From contig KZ538161.1 in the NCBI GenBank assembly GCA_000934665.2, forward strand, positions 1 to 64,000: a stretch of 64,000 nucleotides of DNA, written 5' to 3'. Below the pieces are notes generated by a model, which had not been told where the DNA came from, did not search any database, and saw only the letters and a list, made by a program, of their open reading frames with translations. Shown here piece after piece: positions 54,889 through 64,000 of the stretch. This DNA comes from Catajapyx aquilonaris. Its lineage: Eukaryota. The translations under genes and the position numbers were made by a program. Position 1 is the stretch's first letter; each line of letters begins with the position of its first letter.

Positions 54889-55020
54889 AACAGTTATGGT
54901 CACAAATCAACCGTTTAGTGACTCATTGGTATCATTCGGTACCAATAAGTACCTATCTTGAGTGTATTTGGTACCGAATGATACCAATGAGGCAGTAAAC
55001 GGTTTGTGACCATAACTGTT
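54889..55020. mobile_element. 132-bp foldback/MITE with ~55 bp near-perfect arms
   Basis: aacagttatggtcacaaa...accgtttagtgactcattggtatcattcggtaccaa vs ttggtaccgaatgataccaatgaggcagtaaacggtttgtgaccataactgtt. Confidence 0.85.
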
Positions 55021-57672
55021 ATCACTGTTGCACACCAGTCAAGATGTGTTGTAAATATGATGACGCATGATAGTTTTCAACCTTTAAAAAAAATGACACA
55101 GCCCTGCTTTTTCTCATAAGCTCTAAAACATGATGCAGAAATGAGATGAGGGGGAAGGAGGAGAGGAAGGGGACTGGGGGGTTTATAGGAGGCCCTTGCA
55201 GCCCTGATTTGGCAATTGCGAGGCAGCCAAGCGAATGCAGACCCGCCCCTTTTGCTATCGACTTGGCCCATGCCCTTCCACTTCATTTACGAGCCAAATT
55301 TCCTCTCCCTCCCTCCCTCCCCTCCTCCCCATCCCCATCCCTCCCTCGAAGTGCCTTCGTGTTTCGCTCTTTTCGAATTTGGCCACGGACAGAGACTAGG
55401 GACCCTTCCCTCCTTCCTCCCTTGAAATTTGCATACAAATCGGGTTAGGTTATTTTCACCGCCATTCGCCAGCTACACCTACGACTCAACAATGCTCGGA
55501 CCCCCTCTTTTGACAGCAATGGATGATTTCTTTTTTTAAAAAAAAAAAGTTCCGGGGGCGCTAATGTGATTCATTATGCATTGCTTTGTTGTCTTGGATG
55601 TAATGGATCTGATGACATGTTATGGATCGTTTACTCTAGAAACTTAGTTTAAAAAGAGAAGCAACAGCTGGTTGTTAGGGACTAAAGCTTGTCATCATAA
55701 TCAAATTACCTGATTATAGTTTCATTTGCAGGTGTCATTGCTCATCCGGTCGGAATAATTTTTGTTTGTTGACAATAAGGACAGAACAGGCGTCACCTTA
55801 TAGTTTTTAAGAGAATATCCGGAGATCCGGATCAATGTGGTTTGTGAATCTAAAATCCGGGGACCGAAAGACCCCTGCCATCTCTTGGAGAATCGTGCAA
55901 CTAACACGTGCCAGATACGAAAATTTGCAAACTTTATTTTTGCAAAGCTGGCTAGTCCTGTGGTGGACAGTTTGGTCGAATGGACCTTCATTTTTGACCA
56001 ATGCGTTTGTGTGTGTGTGTGTGTGTATGTCGGACAGTTGAGGAAAAAGAATGCTGCGTCTCGCTTTTCTGACTTTGCAAAATGGACAGGAGGAAATGAA
56101 GGCTCATCGTTTGGGCTGGGATTTAGTCCTGACAGGCTTGCTTCCCGTGTGTAACCTCCGTTCATCGTGGGGCTTATATACACCCTCAATCCAATGGCTC
56201 CAAATGCTTAATGGACATCCTGTGGAAGCCCCATTTGTTTTGGCTGTCTTTAAACGCCTAACCCAAAATGGGGGAGGGTTTAGGAAATTGTGTATGGATT
56301 CTGGGTGACAGATTCAAGCCAAGGCTTCAAGTTCTGGATGGTATTAGAGGATTAATGCTCTATTGGTGTATAGATGTGGTTATTCAAGTGATGTCTACAA
56401 GAAGAATTATTATGGTAAGTACAGCCTTTGATATTACTGCAATATTTCATTAAAGAAAAATTACATCCAAATCGGGCAGCATATTTTTCCAAATGTTTCA
56501 CTGAAATATTGTCTAATGGTGACTGTTGTATAGACAGATTACTAGTACATATAAAAGTAAATTATGTAAGGTAGATTGTGTGATCAGTACTCTCAGCAAG
56601 GGAAACTGTGAATAATAATCAGTAATCTGGATTATGAATGATGGGCGATTATGCGTAAGAAAGAACGTCCTATCGCATATTAGCCGCATAAAATAACAAT
56701 ATTTTTAATTGGAGAATCTGCTGGTACACACAATGCACCATAATATTTAGCAAACGACTAATCTCGCTCACAAACGTAATAAACTTCTTAATCCTCTTAT
56801 TTTGCTCGAATGCAATTTCTGCCATTCGGGTTACATTACTCCCAATTGGACTAATCTTCCTAATATCCATTAAACCTTCTTAAGCAGTTATTGCTATCCA
56901 ACATTTTCTTCTATACTCGCAGCGGAGAAAACTCGATATGGAATAAGCCTTTTGAACCGGCAGAATTTTTTCCCCCCCCCACTGCCGCATATATGCGAAG
57001 CCCTGTGGAACTGATTCAACGGCGTATTTCCAATTAAATAGTGCAAGTAGCTGGAGTAATTTCAGAGGGAAAAGTGACTAACAGGAAGTCCCTCAGCCTG
57101 ATGACATTAATATGATCAAGTGGCCGACAAATGAGCAACGTTCCTCGGAGCGGGCATGACCCCCCCTTCCCCGCTTCTCCTCCTCTCCCCACTCCAAGCA
57201 GACCATATATAGGCCCGAGCCAATTTGTTGAAATCGAGTCACATCTGGCGAGATGTAATTACCCCACTTGCCGCAACTAGACTCCCCAGATCTTACAAAT
57301 TAAATTCTTGATAACGTGGACAAGAATAATTGCGACTGGAGCCCCCCCCCCCCCCCCGTTCCCTCCCATATCCCCTCCAGTCCCTTCCCTAGATTTCAAA
57401 ATTGAAGGAAACCAGGCATGCACTTTTCCCGTGGCGAGCCAATATCCTGCCAACTTTCCAGTTTCAAATTAATGCATTCCGACGGTCAACAAAGTCGAAA
57501 GAGCATTCCCTACTGCTCCCTGGGAATATATTTTAGCCTCTCTCTACGTATAGCCGCGTTTCTTCTTTAGGACCAGTTTCTATACTCTCTACGTCTACAC
57601 CACTCAGCTTGAGTATATAATGGCAAAAATTCATTTACAACAATAATATTATAATACAGTAATTATTGTTGT

Positions 57673-57740
57673 CACTAGAGCCTTTGGTATTTCCACTCTT
57701 AAATAATTATTGAAGAGTGGAAATACCAAAGGCTCTAGTG
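57673..57740. repeat. 68-bp palindrome (one mismatched pair)
   Basis: cactagagcctttggtatttccactctt-a-aataattatt-g-aagagtggaaataccaaaggctctagtg. Confidence 0.93.
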
Positions 57741-57748
57741 CCAAAAAC

Positions 57749-57814
<66 letters not shown>
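57749..57814. repeat. (CAT)22 microsatellite
   Basis: Perfect trinucleotide run. Confidence 0.97.
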
Positions 57815-57957
57815 GACATTATGATGATGACTATGAAGATTTTTGGCACTTACTTCGGTATTTCCACTATTCAATTATTCCAAAAATTGTGAAGGAAGAT
57901 AATTGAGTTTATCAAATGAGAAGACCATGCGCACGTACACATTTGTGGGATACATAC

Positions 57958-58269
57958 ACACTGTACTCCCGATTATCCGGGCTAATGGTTGCATGGGTGT
58001 CGCCGGATTATCGGCAAACACGGATGATCGGAAAATGGCCCTAAATACTGCAAAATTAGATATTATCGGGTTTTTAATCAACGACTGTACTTCTTTAAAT
58101 AAGATTTAATCACAATTAGAGAAATTTCCATAAATATTTTAGTTTGGCCTCTGGAATAAGTCTGGTATATGTCGTTGTTTGCAAGAAAAATCTACATTTT
58201 TTTCAGACTTATCTTTGTTTTAGCCATGCACGGATATAATCTGTATCCGGATAATCGGGAGTACAGTGT
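57958..58269. mobile_element. pogo/Tigger-like MITE with perfect 23-bp TIR
   Basis: acactgtactcccgattatccgg ... ccggataatcgggagtacagtgt; internal cggat(t/g)atcgg subrepeats. Confidence 0.82.
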
Positions 58270-60290
58270 ATCACGAATGAATTTTTTTGGCACTTTGATC
58301 CTCCTGCACGGGCACGTAGTATAGAGCATTTTTGCACGCAGAATCTCAATTTCTAATTTTCTGGCACAAGCAAAAAAAAAAAAGCCTTCGGCATTTCCAC
58401 TCGTATTGTTGTTTCCTTCTGTTGCATATAATTACATTTTCCATACAGTGTGAATGACATCCTGAACTCTTTTTTTTTCCTCATTATTATTTAGAGTCCC
58501 GAGTCAATAATAAGAATGGAGGGCAGGAGGGTGGGTATAGATGGGAATAAGAAAAAAAAAAGGGTGGGGACTTGGCAAGCCTGGAGGTTGATTCCTGGAT
58601 GGGGCAGCCATGTGAAAAGAAGGCGCGCAGAATCAAACCAAGCGAGTAGCATGGTGGCTTGGGATGCGACGGCGCACATCTTGTGTCTCCGCCCAGAAAA
58701 GCTGCTTCTCACCAGCATCACCCATCATGGCTGGGGTCCTTTACTATGCCTTTGCTGCCTCCCCTGAAGATGGCGGTGAAGGTTTTAATTCTGTGATGCC
58801 TCTATAAGTAAGAGTTTTCTATCTATCCCAACAGCAGTGAGAGAGAGATTCATGGGTGCGGGTAGTAGAGGACTTGACTTGATATTTACGAGTCTTTAAC
58901 TCGGTCCTTTTATAGGGCCAGGCAGTTAATTCCACAATGCTAAGGTTTTGGCGTGCTCTAAAGAGATAAAGGCCATCGTAACTGCTCTTAATAGAGGCAT
59001 CTGTTGCGAATGGGAAACAGTTTCCACTTGTTTATGTTGGCTGCTGGAACTGACGCTGTGATCAGGGTATGCGCTGAAATTATGCTTAATTTTCACCAAT
59101 CAAATGTGTTCCACAATTTCAAAAACCTTCACTTGAAGAAAACTGAAAATTTGATATTGAAACATATGCACCAGTTGCCTTTCTCCGGCAACATCTGGAG
59201 TATTTTTTTTTTCCAGTTTCTTTCCTTTTCTTCTCTTTTTTCTTAGGTTCTTTCTTTCTTTCTTTTTTTCCTCCTGTGCATGCCTTGAGATCGATGGCGT
59301 CCAACGGGGAGGCGAAACTGGCGCATTCCCATCACATCTCCCCCTCTGCCGACTTCGCCGCGATTTTTATGCCTGGCTGCAGCCATTCCCATCGATCGCC
59401 GCGCTCTCATTCCGCCTGGCGGAATGTAGCTCGGAGCTCACTACCGGGGGAGAGGGGGAGGGAGAGATAGTCTCTGTGAGAGAGAAACCTGTTTCTTGCT
59501 CAACAAAGGAATTTTGCAGCAATTCCCAGCTTGAAATTGACGCCTCAGCTTTTTAATCTCCAGGAAATAGCGTGCTCAAAAAAAAAAAAAAAAAAAACGA
59601 GAAAATTCTTTTTTGGAAGGGGGAGGGAGCTAATATTATTAGGCAGCCATGTTCTCCCTCGACCCAGGCTATACTATTATGAATCAGAAGATTCGTCCGA
59701 CTATGAATTCGGGTGTGGGGCCGTTAATACGCGAATTAGAACACTCGAATGGTACGTTTGGTCCGCATTCAAATTTTTATTAGGGCCCTAAAGTAGCCAT
59801 ATTTCATCACCGCGATTGAGTTCATTTTTTGAGGGGGGGAGAGGGAGTTATCGCTTGTATGATTTCAGAGGCTTTTGTACAAGGTTTTTTTTTTGGCGTT
59901 GTAACGATGGGTAGATGCGAAATTGCGATTTTTTGAGGGGGAGGACATACGGGCGTTGTGATTCATCCCATTCCGACCGGAATTGTTCAGATGAAGGAGT
60001 TTCAGAATATTTTGGCGGCGGCTCTTTGTGTCGTCTATTCCGCCTCCGGATAGATGTGGCTGACGCGGATAATTACAGAAGTCACTTGACTATTGCGGTG
60101 TTCCCTTGTATAGCCGGTGACAATACTCATTATCCATCCTCATGAGCGCGGCTGTGTTTTGAGAGATAGAAAAAACAAGTTTGGTAAATATATTCGAGTA
60201 GACCTTTTCTCATTGGGCAGTGGGAAATGAGGCTGACAAGTTAGTTGAAATATTGTTAGATTTGTTATCGATACACGATGCCGATTCTAA

Positions 60291-60329
60291 TGGGACAAAC
60301 AATGACATTCTATGTCATTGTTTGTCCCA
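60291..60329. repeat. Perfect 18-bp stem, 3-nt loop hairpin
   Basis: tgggacaaacaatgacat-tct-atgtcattgtttgtccca. Confidence 0.88.
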
Positions 60330-60356
60330 AGCAACCCATAAGGAAATAATTTCTAA

Positions 60357-60459
60357 GGCCCGATTTCTCGAACAGTGCAGTGGTTCAAATGTGAACTCGG
60401 TTCAAGTCCGGTTTAATCCCAGGTCAGCGACTATGAACCTCTGTTCGAGAAATAGAGCC
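60357..60459. mobile_element. Tourist/PIF-Harbinger-like MITE with TAA target-site duplication
   Basis: taa|ggcccgatttctcgaacag ... ctgttcgagaaatagagcc|taa; 17/19 TIR match and matching 3-bp TAA flanks. Confidence 0.8.
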
Positions 60460-63400
60460 TAAATCGCGTAGACTTGACTTTGACGGGTGTAAGGAACCCA
60501 GAAACCTGGAAGTTGTCCATAAAGTTGGTCACTCTGAATCCGAATCCGAAAACCGTTTGTCGATATCTCATGCGGTTTAGGTCCTGATACCTGTCCACAG
60601 ACAGACGGACAGAGCTCTATGAGAAATGTCTAAAATTGTCGATAGATGGCAGACTTCATGTGTCGCCATCTGTGGGGTTGGGCAGATCCTTTAGAAATGT
60701 GTGGCGCTTTCAATTAAAAATTTAGAGCAATTTTTTCCGGCATATTGTTTGACCAACTATATGAGGGTCTTCAACTATATGCCGATACAAATGTGGGAGT
60801 ATGAGGCGCGATCTCAAAATATCCGAAGAGGATAGAGACCCGATTGAGATAATAGAGCGTTCCCGGATTTTGAATCTGAGACTTGCACCTGGCGGACTCT
60901 CATCAAGCCGGGGAAGCAAATTAACGAGAACGTAATTAGTCAGAGTCCATTTCCCACAGATGGAGCGCAGCACCACACTTTTATCCCCTTAAAATTCTGC
61001 CTCAAGTGCCAGAATAGGGTCTGGGGCCCTTCGTTCCGAAAAAAAAAAAGAGGAAAGGAATAATTATACGTACTGGACTGCTTTGAATTTCATAACAGCC
61101 AAGGGATGAATCATGTAGTGGTTATCCTGGCCTGCAACGAGGAATGGAAAATTAAGTCGTGCAGGTGCGTGGCTCATGGGAACTGGCCAAGGCCCAGGCG
61201 TAACATATCTCTCTTTGCCTCGGGTCATCATTTCTTCACTTTTGCACCTCCATTATATCAACCGCACAAGGCTATTAAGGGAGCAGATTTTGAGGCAGAC
61301 ACATATGCAAGTAAAAATCCAGTACAAACTAGGGGGTAAAAATTTTATTAATTTTTTTTTCCAACTAATGATTTTATAAATTAGTGTCTTTTGATAGACT
61401 ACCCCGGCTCTATGAGTGAGACTAACGAATGTCTCATTAGCGAACCTATTGTTCTGGCATCAATATTCAGGCACAGCCACCCAGAACCTAATTTGCTGCT
61501 AATAAAATATTGGGTGGGAAGATGTGACCAATATCTTGACAGCTGATGGTCGCGATAATTTGTTGACTAGATCCTGAGTGTAGAACCGGTTTATCTATTT
61601 TTTTTATCATATTTAACCTTGGGAAAAGGAGGTGACAGTCGGCACAGGGCGACAAGTTGGTAAGGTCAGCCCATCTACCTTTTATCAGAGTGGATCTGAT
61701 ACACGTCCAAAAAGAGGAGACAAGAAATGTTGGGGCATGTGACAGCTCGTCCTGATCCTTTTCTTAGAATAAATCGGCAACGAGGCTCACCTTTGGCGAC
61801 ATTTCGTTACTGAGCTCGTGACAGCACTTACAGAAACAACAGGGATTTGGTCGTTGATCCGATTCATCAATAATTAGTTAGAAAGGGTAATGTTCAAGCA
61901 ACAATTTTTATCACGTTTGGGGTAAGCCTAGAAAATTCACCTTTTTTTTTGAAATTTGGAAAAAAAGGACCCCTCATTGGCTAGAGACTCCACAGAGGGA
62001 ATTCCCCTGCAATTCTGAGTGTATTGGGCTGAATCATATGTATCTAACTATACGTAGAGTACGGCGGTCTCTTATCCGAGCCTCGTACTCTCTCGGACGA
62101 GATAAGTCTAGGCGCTTAGAAACGTTTGAGCTGAAATCCCCGGGACTTGTTTGCTTAGCCCGCTGTGTCCTTGTTAGATTAGCTCTCGGGTAGTGCTAGT
62201 GTTTCTGCGTATAGTCCAGCAGCTTGCAGCTAGCAGCCTATACACAGCAAAGAGAGAGAGGAAAATCAGGCTGGAACGAGCTAGAGAGGAAACCGAATCT
62301 GTCTTATTGACAAAAGGAAGGCCAAACCACTTGCGATCTGTCACCCGACGGGACCCATTTTCCAATGTTTGATCTTAGCGGCACAATCTACTCGGCGGAG
62401 CGTGCTCAATCATTCCATTGGGTCAATTTCGTGGGGCCTAATCCGTCCTGGGCCCAGGCAATCAACGGACCCATTCAAGATGGGGGGGGGAAAACGCGTT
62501 TTCCAAGCCTAACCCCAAGGAAAGGACCCCATGATGCCTGCTTCATAGGGACGACTAGAAGGCAGGAAAAGGAAATAAGAAAAACCCGGGGCTAAAGGGA
62601 ATTGCGATCCCGGATCCAATCCGGTCCAAGAACTGCTGTCCTTTGTTGTCACTCACAAACTTGCGGACTATAGACATTGGAGGAATTTCGGTTGCAGGAA
62701 TTGGTTCGCCACCGTGAGAAATGTCACTCAATTTTGAATATTTATCCTCAACCGCTTCTGGGTGACAAACGACTTCCCATTTGACTTTTGAGTATATATC
62801 AGTCGGTGAGCCCCAAAGACATCAGGGTGCGGCTCCGACATATAACGAATCAGTCGAAGCGGGTTCGAAGCCAATCATGCTGGGATAAATGCATCAGAAA
62901 AGCTTTTTGGGGGGGAATGGGGGCCCATCCCATCCTACTATTGTTGACACCGGCCATTGTCGTTTGCGATGGCATTGTCAAGTTTTGCGTGAGTGAGCCA
63001 GTTTGGGTGGCGAGTGGCCACTCGATTCTAATGGCACATCACATGCATTAACCTATGTGGATACTATGTGCTTGTACTCACAACACAGCAGGCCAGGCAG
63101 GCAGTGTACTGGTCTGTAGCGTTTGTTTAGTATATTTGGAATTGAAGCAAAGCGGGGAGGGGCTTTTGTCCTTTGTGGGCTGCTGCCTCATTTCCAACAG
63201 CTTTTCAACTATGGCGTGCTTGCCTGTTGGTGCTTTCCCTGAAAACTATTCAAGATTCTTTTTTTTTCCGCGGGATGTGGTAGTGTGTGGAGGCCGATCA
63301 GGTGAAACTAATGGTGGCAAATATGGCAAATATTTGTTGACCAGGTATTTTCAGAACAAACGATGGTTCAAGTCAGCTGTGTGATAAAAATAGGTTTGTA

Positions 63401-63521
63401 AAAGACAATCTAACGTTAATACCTCAAATTATAATTGCTCAATTCTGCTTTTCTGATAACTCCACATTTCGGTAGCAGCTTTTTCCATGACATTGATTAA
63501 ACTAATAGTTCACTAATAGTC

Positions 63522-63606
63522 TACAGTGAAACCTGTCTATGTTGGACACTGACGGTTCAAAAAAAAAATTGTCCAACATATTCGGGTGCCAACTTCACAG
63601 GTTTCA
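63522..63606. mobile_element. Short copy of the 25055 pogo-like MITE family
   Basis: tacagtgaaacctgtctatgttggaca...tgtccaacatatt...caacttcacaggtttca parallels 25055-25160. Confidence 0.65.
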
Positions 63607-64000
63607 TTTTAATTTCAATATTAAATTAAAGGAATTGTTGAGATTGCTCTCATTCCTGATAATATTTTTTAAATGCAATCAGCAATAGTTAGATCTAAAA
63701 CATCGAACATGGATGCATTTTATTCCAGTCTGAGTAAAACAAAAATTAGTCAAAATTAACTCATTGTTTCATAATAATTTTGCTTCCAACAACACATTGG
63801 AAGAATTTGTATTCATTTTTGTCAAAGCTATACAGGGTACTTCCAAAATCATCAGTTCAATGGATTGTTTACATCAACAACCGGATGGATTTAAAAAGCA
63901 ACAGCTATTTTTCTACCCATTAAAAAAACCCTGAAAAGTGAACATGAGAGGTGCAATTTCCAGCATGAATTTCGACCGTATATAGCTTACGTTAAGCTAG

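Noticed and set aside
57710..57892. Poly-His ORF
   Set aside because: Translation of the (CAT)22 microsatellite within a palindromic repeat.
61409..61446. Hammerhead-ribozyme-like atgag-stem-cgaa
   Set aside because: Catalytic core CTGATGA/GAAA is not intact and flanking stems are absent.
61564..61585. tgactagatcc matching the miR-279 5' end (also tgactagat at ~47520)
   Set aside because: Match ends after 9-11 nt and I see no precursor hairpin with a complementary arm.

Overview
Eukaryotic (arthropod-type) genomic DNA with spliceosomal GT-AG introns. There are no prokaryotic operons, CRISPR arrays, rRNA or tRNA genes. I reconstructed three multi-exon protein-coding genes by hand, with intron phases consistent throughout. 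(1) A complete Pax6 gene of the twin-of-eyeless (toy) type on + (6722-35023, 9 coding exons, ~432 aa, paired domain + homeodomain, introns up to 13.6 kb). (2) TM7SF3 on - (38942-36239, 9 coding exons, ~561 aa, mostly 55-74 nt introns), tail-to-tail with Pax6. (3) An ANKS1A/ANKS1B (Odin/AIDA-1)-like ankyrin-SAM-SAM-PTB adaptor on + (42457-48968, 15 exons, ~1104 aa), head-to-head with TM7SF3. The rest (1-6.6 kb, Pax6 introns, 49-64 kb) is non-coding. It is rich in short inverted-repeat elements (MITEs resembling Tc1/mariner-pogo, PIF/Harbinger and hAT), palindromes, micro/minisatellites and poly-G/C tracts, and contains one 149-nt assembly gap. I see no clear new biological system. The best leads are regulatory: a uORF whose stop overlaps the Pax6 start, a Pax6-consensus site in intron 1, a possible internal promoter for a paired-less isoform, and a possible Pax6 regulatory block spanning two bystander genes. 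Family assignments come from my recollection of the protein families, not from a database search.
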